Positions 8,231 through 19,187 are shown, numbered from the stretch's first letter. The stretch is DNA of 61,509 nt from a virus (IMGVR_UViG_3300036766_001627:1-61509); one strand, 5' to 3'. Program-made: numbers and translations. The notes: generated from the letters alone by a model not told the origin.

Positions 8231-10084
8231 ATGGCTAAGCTGGTAAAGATCGACAGTAATACTTCAGGCCTCAGATATGCGAAGAACACCTCCATTGGTG
8301 TTCTGCCTACGGCGGCTCTGCAGATTTGGAAGCCCCTCGAACCCAATACATATAGTTCCTTCGGCGGCCAGCTTACTACGGTTGCGCGCCGGCCGATCAA
8401 CCCCTCTCGCCAGCAGAAGAAGGGCGTCGTTACCGACGTGAGTGCCGATTTGGGTTTCTCGACCGATCTTACTCAGACGAACATGCAAGAGCTTCTGGAG
8501 GGATACTTCTACGCTCAGTTCCGTCGGAAGGATGAGCTTGTCGCCAACGGCATCAGCATCGCTTCCGTCACGTCCAGCGGCGACGACTGGCTCATCAATA
8601 ACGCCGAGCTGGACACCCTTGCGCTGAACGCGGCTGGAACCGGCTACAGCGTCAACGACATCATCACCCTCGCCGGCGGAACCTTCAAGACGGCCGCGAC
8701 CATCAGAGTTCTCACCGTCAGCGTAGGCGCCATAGTCACCTTCGCTATCGAGACCCGCGGCGCCTACAGCGTTGCCACAACCTCCTTCACGCAGGGAGCA
8801 GTATCCCCCGCGGGTGGTAGTGGAGCCACCTTCAATACAGGCGTGTTCCGAAAGATATTTAACTTCGATCAGCTCCTCACAGGCGCCCTCGTCTTCGTAA
8901 CTGGTCTCACCGACCCGGCCAACAACGGCATCCATGTTCTCAACGCGGACCTTGCGACACTCACCACGGTCTCCACGAGCGACTCGCTCGTAGACGACAC
9001 GCTGAACGGTAATGCGGCCGCCGACATGGTCGTGGTTGGTTTCGAGTTCACGGCCGGCGACGCCGAGATTGATGCCTCTGGAACACTTCCTTTCTTGAAG
9101 ACAACCACGAAGGACCTACGTGATCTCGGTCTCGTCGAGGGTGAGTGGATATTCATCGGCGGCGATGCCACATTGGAAGCATTCACGACGACCACGAACA
9201 ACGGATTTGCCCGTATCATCAGCATCGCTCAGAATGCCCTTACGTTCGACAAGACCTCCGCCGACATGGTTACAGACAGCGGGGGCAGCCAGACGATCCG
9301 TATCTTCTTCGGGCGTCATCTGCGAAATGAGCAGGGTACAAGCATCGTCCGCAGCACATTCGACTTCGAGCGCAACCTCGGCGCCAACGATGATAGCGAT
9401 CTCACTAAGCAGCAGGCCGAGTACGTCGTCGGTGGCGTGCCGAACGAGTTCGTCTTAAATGTGGCCTCGGTAAGTAAGATCACGGCGGACCTCACCTTCG
9501 CGGGCCTCCACACCGACCATATCGACGAGAACGTGAGTGGCGCTAACACACTTCTCTCGCACGCCGCCGTGACCGCGGGCAGCGCGTTGAACGCCCCGGC
9601 TGTCGTAGAGGCTGATGCTTTCAATACCAGCACGAATATCCCGCGTATCAAGCTGAGTGTCATCACTGCCGGCGTCGAGAATCCGACACCGCTGTTCGCT
9701 TTCGTGACCGACCTGAAGTTCACGATCAAGAACAACCTGGACCCGAACAAGGCGGTCGGGGTCCTCGGCTCCTTCGAGGTGACGGCCGGCCTGTTCGAGG
9801 TTGGTGGATCGCTCACGGCCTACTTCAGCGACGTGGCCGCGGTCCAGGCGGCCCAGGATAACGCCGATGTGACTATCGACTGCCACATTGTTAAGGCGAA
9901 CGCCGGCATCACCCTGGATATCCCGCTGATGAGCCTGGGTAACGCGAAGCCGACAGTTGATATAGATAAGCCGATCACGCTGCCTATCGACATCATCGCG
10001 GCCAGCGGTGCCAAGGTGGATGCGAAACTAGATTATACGGCGAGCTTGACATTTTATGATTATTTGCCAGTCCTTGCTGAGTGA
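8231..10084 (+). CDS. Major tail tube protein with inserted accessory domains
   Basis: LEPNTYSSFGGQLTTVARRPINPSRQ.KKG N-terminus and FEVGGSLTAYF C-terminus; precedes chaperones and tape measure. Confidence 0.8.
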   Translation: MAKLVKIDSNTSGLRYAKNTSIGVLPTAALQIWKPLEPNTYSSFGGQLTTVARRPINPSRQQKKGVVTDVSADLGFSTDLTQTNMQELLEGYFYAQFRRKDELVANGISIASVTSSGDDWLINNAELDTLALNAAGTGYSVNDIITLAGGTFKTAATIRVLTVSVGAIVTFAIETRGAYSVATTSFTQGAVSPAGGSGATFNTGVFRKIFNFDQLLTGALVFVTGLTDPANNGIHVLNADLATLTTVSTSDSLVDDTLNGNAAADMVVVGFEFTAGDAEIDASGTLPFLKTTTKDLRDLGLVEGEWIFIGGDATLEAFTTTTNNGFARIISIAQNALTFDKTSADMVTDSGGSQTIRIFFGRHLRNEQGTSIVRSTFDFERNLGANDDSDLTKQQAEYVVGGVPNEFVLNVASVSKITADLTFAGLHTDHIDENVSGANTLLSHAAVTAGSALNAPAVVEADAFNTSTNIPRIKLSVITAGVENPTPLFAFVTDLKFTIKNNLDPNKAVGVLGSFEVTAGLFEVGGSLTAYFSDVAAVQAAQDNADVTIDCHIVKANAGITLDIPLMSLGNAKPTVDIDKPITLPIDIIAASGAKVDAKLDYTASLTFYDYLPVLAE

Positions 10085-10135
10085 TCTGGCACAGTTGAAA
10101 GAAGAATTACGTAGTATTTATTACGGAGAGAGCAT

Positions 10136-10540
10136 ATGGGTACATATCGGAACTTCAGGACGGATGCAACTATCGAACGCGAGGGTCTTATCTTGGACCT
10201 GGGTGACTCGGGCAAGTTCAAGATCGCCAGAGCCGGCGGCGCCAACGACAAGTACCAGCAGAAGCTGTTCCAGCTCCTTCGGCCACACCGCCGCGCTATG
10301 CAGCTCGGAACTCTCGATCCGAAGGTGGATCGGGCTATCGCCGTTGAGGCCTTCGTGGACGCAATCCTGCTCGGCTGGGAAGGCGTCACGGACGAGAACG
10401 GCGAGGCGCTCGCTTACAGCAGGGCTGCGGCGATGAAGTTGTTCACCGATCTGCCCGATCTCCTCAGTCAGCTTCAGCAGAGCGCCGGTGATGCCTCGCT
10501 GTTCCGTGAAGAGTACACGGAGTCCGACGCAAAAAACTGA
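10136..10540 (+). CDS. Tail assembly chaperone (gpG analogue)
   Basis: KIARAGGAN..Y, LLGWEGV, LFTDLPDL; ends at the slippery A AAA AAC TGA. Confidence 0.85.
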   Translation: MGTYRNFRTDATIEREGLILDLGDSGKFKIARAGGANDKYQQKLFQLLRPHRRAMQLGTLDPKVDRAIAVEAFVDAILLGWEGVTDENGEALAYSRAAAMKLFTDLPDLLSQLQQSAGDASLFREEYTESDAKN

Positions 10541-10875
10541 TCGAGGTCCTGCTGTTCGAGCTACAACACGGGACCCTGGAGAGAACACTTCTCGCTCAGA
10601 CAGGCCGTCAGAAGCAGCGGCTGCCTAAAGTCCTGGAGAACCCCCCGGAGTTGCAGATGGGCCTGGAGTTCGTCTATCGGGCATTTTGGGACCTATCCTC
10701 CAGCCGAGCAACAGGTATGTCTATGGGCGCCATCCCCTGGGCGGTCGTGGACGCCTACGCTGATGCCCACAACCTGAATGAAGATGACAGTCAGGACCTT
10801 CTTTCTCTAATTCGTCGCATGGATAGTGCCTTCCTTGGGCACTATAATGATGAGTCGAAGAAGGGAAAGAAGTAG
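10531..10875 (+). CDS. Tail assembly chaperone extension (gpGT analogue) via programmed -1 frameshift
   Basis: A-AAA-AAC at 10531-10537; the -1 frame is open from 10537 through the 10651-10875 ORF (AFWDLSSSR...GAIPW). Confidence 0.75.
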   Translation, partial: KKLIEVLLFELQHGTLERTLLAQTGRQKQRLPKVLENPPELQMGLEFVYRAFWDLSSSRATGMSMGAIPWAVVDAYADAHNLNEDDSQDLLSLIRRMDSAFLGHYNDESKKGKK

Positions 10876-11343
10876 GTGGCGAACCAGACTATAAATCTCG
10901 GCGAGGCGAAGTCCGCATTTGATGTGATAGCGGCGGCGATTCCGAAGGCGATTGGGCTTCTGACCAAAGATGTGGCCACCACTGCTCTCAAGACTGTCAT
11001 TTCTGGAACTCCCGTGGATACGGGCCTGGCCAGATCAAACTGGCACGTCTCGCTGAATAATCCATCCATTGATGTGCTTGATGCCTGGAGTCCGTATCCG
11101 AAATACAGCGGCCCCAAGCTGTCAGAGACGGCCAATGAGACCGCGGCGGTGGATGCTGGTCTTTTGGTGCTCTCCAGCTTCAAGGATGGCGATGTGGTCT
11201 TCATCCAGAACAACATACCGTACATCGGCAGCCTGAACGACGGTACATCCAAGCAGGCAAATAGGGGATTTGTAGAAGACGCTGTGAAGGCATCTTCTGT
11301 GGTTGCGGCCCTTAAGTTTGCGAGGTATCTGGCAAGTGTCTGA
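10876..11343 (+). CDS. Tail completion protein (HK97 gp10-like)
   Basis: TPVDTGLARSNW and NNIPYIGSLNDGTSKQA motifs. Confidence 0.8.
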   Translation: MANQTINLGEAKSAFDVIAAAIPKAIGLLTKDVATTALKTVISGTPVDTGLARSNWHVSLNNPSIDVLDAWSPYPKYSGPKLSETANETAAVDAGLLVLSSFKDGDVVFIQNNIPYIGSLNDGTSKQANRGFVEDAVKASSVVAALKFARYLASV

Positions 11344-13750
11344 TACAACGATCAGGATCATCATCGTCACGCAGGGAGCAAAGGCAGGGGCTGATGCTTT
11401 CAAGAATATCGGTACATCTGCCGCTAGTGCATCGGCCAGTATCAATTCCTTTAATGTTGGTCAGGGGGCCGCTTTCGGAAGCGCAGCAGCGGCGGCTATA
11501 AAAAGAGTTGCTTCCATCATCCTTGAAGTCGCTGACGACTATATCCTTTTCTCCAACCGGATTCGTCTGGCAACAGAAAACCAGGGTCAAGCAAATTATG
11601 TGATGCAAAAACTCTTCGAGATAGGAAATCAGACAAGAACTTCTTTCGAGTCCCTTGGTGAGACCTATGACAAGTTGGCGCAAAGTTCAACAGAGCTGGG
11701 CCTAACCACATCCGATCTACTTGATCTTACGTTGACGCTGTCTGAGGCGTTTACGGCTGAAGGAGCTAGTTCTAGCGCAATAGCTGCAACGATCAATCAG
11801 ATTAGTGTTGCGTTTGCCCAGGGAAGTCTCACAGGGCGCCAGTTCAGGACCATTATTGGAAACCAACCGTTTCTTGTGGACCAACTCAGCAAGGCCTTGG
11901 GAGTTTCCACGGAGAAATTACGACAACTTGGGGCACAAGGGAAACTGTCTTCGGAACAGTTGATTGCAGGGTTTACAATTGCAGCTCCAGAGATTGAGAA
12001 ACAATTTCAAATCATACAAGCAACCCTGTCAGGACGGTTGACTGTTCTTAAAAACCAGGTTGTTGAGGGAGGCGCAAAAATAGTGAATTCTTCCGTAGTT
12101 TCTGGTTTCTTGGCCTCTGCTGTGGGGGTTGTAACTGCCAGAATTGACGATGTGGCTGAGTTAGTGGCTGTTTTTACAGACAAGGGACGTGCTACTGACG
12201 AACTTCTGGAGCAGACTAGACAGGAAGCGATTCGAGCCACCAAGGCAAAAGCAGAACTTGCCAAATATATAAGAGAAACCAGTATTCCTTCAAGAGCAAC
12301 AGCCACCCAGAGCGAGTTTCAGGAAAATCAGTCTTATACTTTGAAGAAGTCTCTTGATCTGCAGGTACTTCTAAATAAGGAGGGTTCAGTTGCGGCGTCG
12401 GTTCAGATTTCTGTAAATGAGAGAATGGCCAAGGGACTTATAACCGAATCGGAACAGAACCGGCTTCTTAAGGAAAAAAGAAACCTAACTGATATCTACA
12501 ACGAGGCCCTAAGTAAGGGATTAGTTACTCAGGCGGAACAAAATGATCTGGCTAGTGGAAAGTTGACAATAGATGAACTTTCAAAAACCGTGCTTGAGAG
12601 ACAGGGCTTTTCTGAAGAGGCCATAAACAAGTTGTTGAAAGAACGAGTAACTTTTTTGGATTTGAACAACAGGGGATATACGAAGATTTCAGACAGCAAG
12701 GCCTCAGAATTAAGTTCAGCGGCTAGAAGTCTAGCCCTGGAGAAGGTAAAAAGTTCAATTATAGCAGAGACGGGAGGAAACCAGGAAGATTTTAACACCA
12801 AACTTCGTGTAGCAGAGGGCCTTCTGGGGGAAGCCAATAAGGGCACAGAAGGGTGGAAAGATAAAGTGGGTGTATTGATCGAGTATATCGAAAAGTTGAA
12901 AGTTAAAAATGCTGATCTGTTTCCAGATGCGGCCCATGCTCTTATCAGTGGTCAAGAGCAAGTAAAATCCCTTACTAAAGATAATCGAGGCATCGCTGCT
13001 GCTTATGTAAATGCCTGGAAGGAAGCCAACGGTCCCGCTAAAGCATATCAGGAAACAGTTCTTGGTATAACGGCTGCTCTTAAGGATAACCAGATAAACC
13101 AGGAACAGGCGAACCGGCAGCTCCTGGAGGCGCGTGTCAACTTTCTCGAAACCCAGACGACGCTGGAAGCGGGATTCGAGCGGGGTTTCGACAAGATCAC
13201 TTTGGAGGTTACGAACTTCAGCACCCTCGCCGAGCAGTCCGTGACGGATGCCTTTCATGGGATGGAGGACGCGCTTGTCAACTTCGTGAAGACCGGCAAG
13301 CTGGACTTCAGCAGCCTCGTCGATTCCATCCTCACGGACATGATAAAGATTCTGCTGAGGGCGACGATAGAGGCCCCGATCCTGGCGGTCCTGAATGCTC
13401 TCACAGGCGGGCTTCTAGGAGGGGCCGCGGGTGCCGGTACGGGCGGATATGCGGCGTTCCTAGGCGGCAGTGCTTCCATCGGCGCCATCACGCCGGCGAG
13501 GGCTGCGGGCGGGCCTGTCAGTGGCGGAAGTCCCTACATGGTTGGCGAGCGTGGTCCCGAGCTGTTTGTCCCCGGAAATTCTGGGCATATTATCCCCAAT
13601 GGTGGTTCATCTGGAACAACAATAAACGTCCATAATATTGTTGATCGGGATTCGATAATCGGAGTGTTGAATGATCCAAAAGCCCACGATACTATCGTGA
13701 ATGTGATAGCAGTAAATCGTAAAAGCATAAAGTCTATTCTTGCTTCTTAG
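11336..13750 (+). CDS. Tape measure protein
   Basis: GTG 11336; tape-measure domain (LFEIGNQTRTSF...GKLSSEQL); C-terminal FVKTGKLDFSSL and AAGGPV..YMVGERGPELFVP. Confidence 0.9.
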   Translation: MSDTTIRIIIVTQGAKAGADAFKNIGTSAASASASINSFNVGQGAAFGSAAAAAIKRVASIILEVADDYILFSNRIRLATENQGQANYVMQKLFEIGNQTRTSFESLGETYDKLAQSSTELGLTTSDLLDLTLTLSEAFTAEGASSSAIAATINQISVAFAQGSLTGRQFRTIIGNQPFLVDQLSKALGVSTEKLRQLGAQGKLSSEQLIAGFTIAAPEIEKQFQIIQATLSGRLTVLKNQVVEGGAKIVNSSVVSGFLASAVGVVTARIDDVAELVAVFTDKGRATDELLEQTRQEAIRATKAKAELAKYIRETSIPSRATATQSEFQENQSYTLKKSLDLQVLLNKEGSVAASVQISVNERMAKGLITESEQNRLLKEKRNLTDIYNEALSKGLVTQAEQNDLASGKLTIDELSKTVLERQGFSEEAINKLLKERVTFLDLNNRGYTKISDSKASELSSAARSLALEKVKSSIIAETGGNQEDFNTKLRVAEGLLGEANKGTEGWKDKVGVLIEYIEKLKVKNADLFPDAAHALISGQEQVKSLTKDNRGIAAAYVNAWKEANGPAKAYQETVLGITAALKDNQINQEQANRQLLEARVNFLETQTTLEAGFERGFDKITLEVTNFSTLAEQSVTDAFHGMEDALVNFVKTGKLDFSSLVDSILTDMIKILLRATIEAPILAVLNALTGGLLGGAAGAGTGGYAAFLGGSASIGAITPARAAGGPVSGGSPYMVGERGPELFVPGNSGHIIPNGGSSGTTINVHNIVDRDSIIGVLNDPKAHDTIVNVIAVNRKSIKSILAS

Positions 13751-13756
13751 GTTTAT

Positions 13757-13888
13757 ATGTTTGATGTAAAAAGTTACAGAAAACAGTGGTATGAAGCAAA
13801 CAAAGAAAAGGTTGCTTTGCAGCAACGTGAGTATTATTTGGCCCACAAAAAGGAGGCGGCTGCATACCTGAAGAGGAGCCAGCAATGA
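13757..13888 (+). pseudogene. Probable remnant of an HNH homing endonuclease N-terminus (43 aa)
   Basis: MFDVKSYRKQWYEANKEKVALQQREYYLAHKKE resembles the helical N-terminus of phage HNH genes; AT-rich; no nuclease domain. Confidence 0.4.
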
Positions 13889-15090
13889 GTCTCTTCCCTT
13901 TCCAACCCGAAACCCCCCTCTCTGAGACCCTGAGGTTCCTCACGGACATCATCGACCACATTGATGCGAGTGAGCAGCGCATAAATCTCCGCCTGGCTCC
14001 TCGCCAGGAGTTCAACCTGCAGTTCAGTGTGGAAGACACGGATCGTCAGCGTATCGAGAATCTCTTGTTCGGGTCCGCGGCCGCGAACTTCGATCTTCCT
14101 CTCTGGCACCAGCCGCTGATCCTCACAGCGGATGCGGCCGCGACAGACGTTTCCGTTACTGTCTACGATCCGGCCAACCTTCCGGCTGATCTCGGCTACA
14201 CGACCGCCTACAACGACTTCCGCAGCGGCGGCAAGGCGATGGTATGGGAAGATGAGACGAACTACGAACTGGTGGATACCCTAGACCTCTCGACGCCCGG
14301 CACCATCGCCTTCTCCGCGGGCTTGACGAACAGCTATCCTTCCGGCTCCAAGATATACCCGGTTCTTCCCTCGGTGATTTTGGGCCAGCCCAGAGTCGTG
14401 CGTCATGCGATCCACCTGACCGAATACACGATCAACTTCGCCATCACGGACCAGAACGTGTCCTTCGCCGACGACAGCGCATTCAGCTCCCTGAGCGGTC
14501 TTCCGCTGCTCGACGACCCCAACGTCATCAGCGGGACGATGAACGAGACCTGGGATACCCGCATCACCATCCTCGACGGCCGCACGGGTGTCTTCAGTAC
14601 GGCGACGCGGCAGGACCGCGCCAGGCGGGGTACAGCGAAGTCCTGGGTAAGCCACACCCGCCAGCGCATCTGGGAGATTCGGCAGATGCTGCACTTCCTG
14701 CGTGGTCGGCAGAAACCATTCTACCTGCCCACGTTCGCACAAGACCTGACGGCGTCCCAGAATCTCGGCTCTGGCTCGACGCATCTGGTGGTTGTGAATA
14801 CGGCCTATACGGCGCAGACGGTGTCGAGGAACCCAAGAAATCTGATAAGGGTTGGACTTGTGGACGGAACGATTTTTTATCGCACTATCGTCTCCAGCAG
14901 CGTGCTGTCGGCGACAGAGGAGCAGCTCGTGCTCGATACGACCTGGCCCTCCCTCATCCTTCTGGAGGATGTCGAGCGCATAGACTTCCTGGAGAAGGTT
15001 CGCATAGACAGCGACGATATCACGCTCAGGCACAACGACGCTATCGGGTATTCGGAGGTTGGTTTTGCGGTAAGGACGGTGATCGAGTGA
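13885..15090 (+). CDS. Distal tail / minor tail protein
   Basis: Follows tape measure; EQRINLRLAPRQ and LRGRQKPFYLPTF motifs. Confidence 0.7.
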   Translation: MSLFPFQPETPLSETLRFLTDIIDHIDASEQRINLRLAPRQEFNLQFSVEDTDRQRIENLLFGSAAANFDLPLWHQPLILTADAAATDVSVTVYDPANLPADLGYTTAYNDFRSGGKAMVWEDETNYELVDTLDLSTPGTIAFSAGLTNSYPSGSKIYPVLPSVILGQPRVVRHAIHLTEYTINFAITDQNVSFADDSAFSSLSGLPLLDDPNVISGTMNETWDTRITILDGRTGVFSTATRQDRARRGTAKSWVSHTRQRIWEIRQMLHFLRGRQKPFYLPTFAQDLTASQNLGSGSTHLVVVNTAYTAQTVSRNPRNLIRVGLVDGTIFYRTIVSSSVLSATEEQLVLDTTWPSLILLEDVERIDFLEKVRIDSDDITLRHNDAIGYSEVGFAVRTVIE

Positions 15091-15935
15091 GCTACTCAGC
15101 GCAGGAGATATCCAGGGCTTCCGGCAGTCCCGTCGAACTCTACAACATCACGATGGGCGTGGATGCGTGGTACTTCACGACCGCGGACGAGCCTATTTCA
15201 GACAGTGGCCACGACTACGTTCCGTTTCCGCTCAGCAGAGACGCGATCCCCATATCCAAAGAGGACCGCACAACGCAGGCACAGGTCCTGCTGCCTGCGT
15301 CGCACGAGTTCCCGCAGCGGTACATCAACCTAACCCCCACAGATAGGGCCTTCGTGACTATCCGCCGCTACCACAGATATGACAGTGGTCCCGAAGTCGT
15401 CAGTCTCTTCCGTGGTGTTGTCTCCTCTGTGAAGTTCTCGGAGAATGGACTTCTGGCGACAGTGGGTGTAGCACCCTTCACAGACAACCTGGGTCTCATC
15501 GTTCCTCGGTTCATCTATAGCAGTCTCTGCAACCACGTACTCGGCGACCGAACTTGCCGCGTCGATCTGGCGAACGGCGTGGACGCGACAACGGCGAAGC
15601 CGTTCACATTCGTCGGCAATGTGTCTGCTGTAAGCGGGTTGACCCTAACGGTTGATGGGATCGCGGCGGCCGGCTACCCCGACCACTTCTTCGACAGCGG
15701 TATGGTCACGACGGCGGCCGGAGACAAGCGGTGCATCAAGCGGCAGCTCGGTGACGCAGTGAAGGTACTTGTGCCCCTGTTCGTAGGTGCAGCGATCATC
15801 GGGCAGAACGTCACATTGACGGCGGGATGTGACCACAAGATCGCAACATGTCAGGCTAAGTTCGCCGCGGTGAAGAACTTCGGCGGCTTTGCCACGGTAC
15901 CGGCCAAGAATCCCTTCACACAAAACATATTCTAG
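15087..15935 (+). CDS. Tail hub protein (BR0599/DUF2163-like)
   Basis: PVELY start; CNH.LGD..C and GCDH...TC.AKF....NFGGF..VP.KNPF motifs. Confidence 0.85.
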   Translation: MSYSAQEISRASGSPVELYNITMGVDAWYFTTADEPISDSGHDYVPFPLSRDAIPISKEDRTTQAQVLLPASHEFPQRYINLTPTDRAFVTIRRYHRYDSGPEVVSLFRGVVSSVKFSENGLLATVGVAPFTDNLGLIVPRFIYSSLCNHVLGDRTCRVDLANGVDATTAKPFTFVGNVSAVSGLTLTVDGIAAAGYPDHFFDSGMVTTAAGDKRCIKRQLGDAVKVLVPLFVGAAIIGQNVTLTAGCDHKIATCQAKFAAVKNFGGFATVPAKNPFTQNIF

Positions 15936-15953
15936 GCTACAGAAAGAACCATA

Positions 15954-18900
15954 ATGGACCCGATCACGTTCCTCATTGAAATAGCCATCATCGTCGTGCT
16001 GACCGTGGCACTGGCCATGCTCGCGCCTAAGCCGAAGATCACGGACCAACGCCCAGCATCTCTGGGCGAGTTTCAGTTTCCCACGGCGACAGAGGGTCGG
16101 AGTCTCCCGCTGGTGTGGGGGACGGTGAAAGTTCCAGGAAGTAATGTATGCTGGTATGGAGACCTGAAAGCCGTCCCCATAACGAAGAAGATCAAGACAG
16201 GCCTGTTCTCCAGTAAGGAGCAGGTGCTCGGCTACGAATACTTCCTCGGCATCCAGTTCGCAATCTGCCGCGGGACTGTTGATCTTCTCACGAAGGTCTG
16301 GGTAGACGACAAGCTCGTCTTCAGCGGCAGTGTCGCACACCGGGACTTCGCCCTCATAAACAAGCCATTCCTCTACGGCGGCCCGGATCAGCAGGGTGGT
16401 GTCAAGGGACACCTGAGACTTCTCGCCGGCGACCGGAACCAGGGCATCGACGGATATCTCGACAGTGCCCTCGACCACAGCACCATCCTCACAACGCCCG
16501 CGTACAGGGGCACCTCCTACATCATGTGGTCTAACAACGTATCTAGCGGCACGGGGCATGAGCTGAAGACCGTCACGCTGAACGCGGCAGGGTCCGGCTA
16601 CAGCCCCGGCGACGTTGTCACGCTCGCCGGCGGAACCTCCTCGCCGGCGCCGAAGGTGACGGTACTTACGGTGGGCGCGGGAGGTAGTGTTCTGACGGTC
16701 CTCCTTGGCCCCAACGGACAGGGGATATTTTCCTCCATCACTGGCGCATCAAACCTGACCCAGGCCTCTGTGTCGCCGGCCGGCGGCACCGGCGTCACGT
16801 TCCAGAACTGTACCTACGAAATCCTCGACACCACGGCCAACCGCGGACCCGGCTACCTCGGAAACTCCACGCAGATCAAGGCATTCGCGTTCGAGGTCGT
16901 CCGCATCCCCAACGGTCTCGCCTTGGGTAGTGGCCACGAGACGATCCAGTCGGCTGATGCGAATCCGATGAATGTTATCTACGAGATTCTCACAGACCCC
17001 GACTGGGGCCTGGGCTTCGCCGCCGCCGACATAGATACAACCGTCTTCAGTGCCGCTGCGGACGTGCTGTTCACAGAGGACAACGGGTTCTCGATGATCC
17101 TGGATAGCCCCAGCACGGCCGGCGACCTCATCAAGGAGATCGAGCGTCAGATCGAGGGGATTGTCTTCGTTGACCGCACATCCGGCAAGTGGACGATCAA
17201 GCTAGTCCGGGCTGATTACACGCTCGGTTCCATGCCGGCGATAGATGAGACGAACATCAAGGAGGTGAGGGACTTCGCCCGCTCCTCCTGGCAGAACACC
17301 AAGAACAACATCCAGATTCCCTTCGTGGACCGCGCCAAGAGCTACAAGCAGACCTACGCCATAGCGCAGGATGTGGCAAACATGTCGCTGCAGGGCGGCC
17401 TCATAGCCACCGTCTCCGAGAAGTATCCGGGCGTCATGTCACGCACCAACGCGACCCGTCTTGCCTGGCGTGGCCTTAAGAACTCCGCATACCCATTGGC
17501 AAAAGCCACGTTTGTCCTCGACCGAACCCTCCATTTCCTCAACCCCGGCGACGTGGTTCGGTGGTCAGACACGGCCCTATCCATCACAGATATGGCCATG
17601 CGGATCACCCGCGTCGATCTGGGCCGGCTGGATGACGGCGTCATCACAGTTGATGCGATCCAGGACGTGTTCGCCTTCGAGGAAGCGAGCATGGGAGAGC
17701 CGACAGACACTACCTGGGTCGATCCAGCAACGCAAGTCCCCGTTGATATACCCAGCAACAACCGGGCGATCTTCGAGGCTCCGAAGGCATTCGTAGACCG
17801 TGCCGGAGGCCTGCCTGACCGCATATGGGCAGGCGCCCGCAACCAGGGTGATGGAACGACGGCTTTCGACATCTGGATGAACCCCAACACAACCGCCTAC
17901 AGCCAGGACAGCGAGGTCCAGACTTTCTTCCTCATCGGGAAGCTGACCTCGGCGATCACGCCCGATAACACGCCTGGTGTCTCCGATGTCACAGTCACAC
18001 CTGATCCAGATGTGGAAGGGGATATCCTCGATCAGATCATCTCGCGGACAACCACGGAGATCGGCGTCGGTCTCCTGAACCTCTGCCTTGTGGACAACGA
18101 GTTCATCGGCTTCACGACAGCGGTTGATAGTGGTGGAAACATCGTGCTGACGGACTGCTATCGCGGGCTGATGGACACAGTACCTGCGTCCCACGCGATC
18201 AACGCGAAAGTCTACTTCATCAGCATGGGGGGCAACATCTCCGCCGGCAATTTCGTGTCTGGCGACTCGGTGGACGTGAAGCTCTTGACGCGAGGCCCCT
18301 ACGGGACGCTCGATATAGGTGATGCTACGGCCACGACTATCGTTATGGCTGATAGGTATCGGAAGCCATATCCCCCGAACACCATCTACGACAGCAACTT
18401 CGATCCTGAAGCCACACCCACGGCGAACTGGGAGAGTCCGTGGCCGGTGGATGTGAACTTCGTGTTTGGATCAACCACGCACAAAGGAATCGCTGTTGGA
18501 GTCATCACAAAGTTTTTTGGAACAACAAACGAGGTGAACTCGTCTCTTCGTTCTTTCAACTTTGTTCCCGTCATGTTAATATCAGATGATGAGATCAGCT
18601 ACGGCACACAGGAGCAGCTATACCAGCTCTATGACACAACCGGAACAGCATTCCTAATAAATTTCAACTTCAGCAATAGCTGGACCAGCGGCCAGGTCCT
18701 TAACATAGAGAGAACGAGGATTCTGAGAAATGTTCTCGGCACCGACGCCGGTGAGGAGGGTAGCGCAGCCCTCCCTACCAGTATGAGGATGTTGGTCTCA
18801 ACTCGTCATACTCGCACCCAGGATGGGGCTTCATATCAGGCAGATCAGGACATCCAGTGGGACTTCCCGGTCACATTCACAGAGCTGTCGGGGCTGTTCA

Positions 18901-19187
18901 TCTTCCTAGTGACGGCCATCAATGTGATCTCCGCGACCTACACGGCAACAAATACGGGAACCCACACTGTAACCCGGAGCTGGGATTCTCTGTCGGGCAC
19001 AAACACGCTCCAGGTGAGCGTCAATGGGGCTGCTTTCGCCACCGTTATCACCGGCACGGCAACCAGTGGTACCTTCTCGGCGACATCGGGCCAGACGATC
19101 CGCTTCAAGTCCACGGCTGGAACCAGCATCTACCTCTACAAGCTCAGCTTCAGCGGAACAGACCTGGCCTTCGGAATTATAGACTAA
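15954..19187 (+). CDS. Tail tip / central fibre (host-specificity J-like) protein
   Basis: FQFPTATEGRSLPLVWGT, PAYRG, DANPMNVIYEILTD..WGLG, LNPGDVV, YRGLMDT.PASH motifs; 1077 aa. Confidence 0.85.
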   Translation: MDPITFLIEIAIIVVLTVALAMLAPKPKITDQRPASLGEFQFPTATEGRSLPLVWGTVKVPGSNVCWYGDLKAVPITKKIKTGLFSSKEQVLGYEYFLGIQFAICRGTVDLLTKVWVDDKLVFSGSVAHRDFALINKPFLYGGPDQQGGVKGHLRLLAGDRNQGIDGYLDSALDHSTILTTPAYRGTSYIMWSNNVSSGTGHELKTVTLNAAGSGYSPGDVVTLAGGTSSPAPKVTVLTVGAGGSVLTVLLGPNGQGIFSSITGASNLTQASVSPAGGTGVTFQNCTYEILDTTANRGPGYLGNSTQIKAFAFEVVRIPNGLALGSGHETIQSADANPMNVIYEILTDPDWGLGFAAADIDTTVFSAAADVLFTEDNGFSMILDSPSTAGDLIKEIERQIEGIVFVDRTSGKWTIKLVRADYTLGSMPAIDETNIKEVRDFARSSWQNTKNNIQIPFVDRAKSYKQTYAIAQDVANMSLQGGLIATVSEKYPGVMSRTNATRLAWRGLKNSAYPLAKATFVLDRTLHFLNPGDVVRWSDTALSITDMAMRITRVDLGRLDDGVITVDAIQDVFAFEEASMGEPTDTTWVDPATQVPVDIPSNNRAIFEAPKAFVDRAGGLPDRIWAGARNQGDGTTAFDIWMNPNTTAYSQDSEVQTFFLIGKLTSAITPDNTPGVSDVTVTPDPDVEGDILDQIISRTTTEIGVGLLNLCLVDNEFIGFTTAVDSGGNIVLTDCYRGLMDTVPASHAINAKVYFISMGGNISAGNFVSGDSVDVKLLTRGPYGTLDIGDATATTIVMADRYRKPYPPNTIYDSNFDPEATPTANWESPWPVDVNFVFGSTTHKGIAVGVITKFFGTTNEVNSSLRSFNFVPVMLISDDEISYGTQEQLYQLYDTTGTAFLINFNFSNSWTSGQVLNIERTRILRNVLGTDAGEEGSAALPTSMRMLVSTRHTRTQDGASYQADQDIQWDFPVTFTELSGLFIFLVTAINVISATYTATNTGTHTVTRSWDSLSGTNTLQVSVNGAAFATVITGTATSGTFSATSGQTIRFKSTAGTSIYLYKLSFSGTDLAFGIID

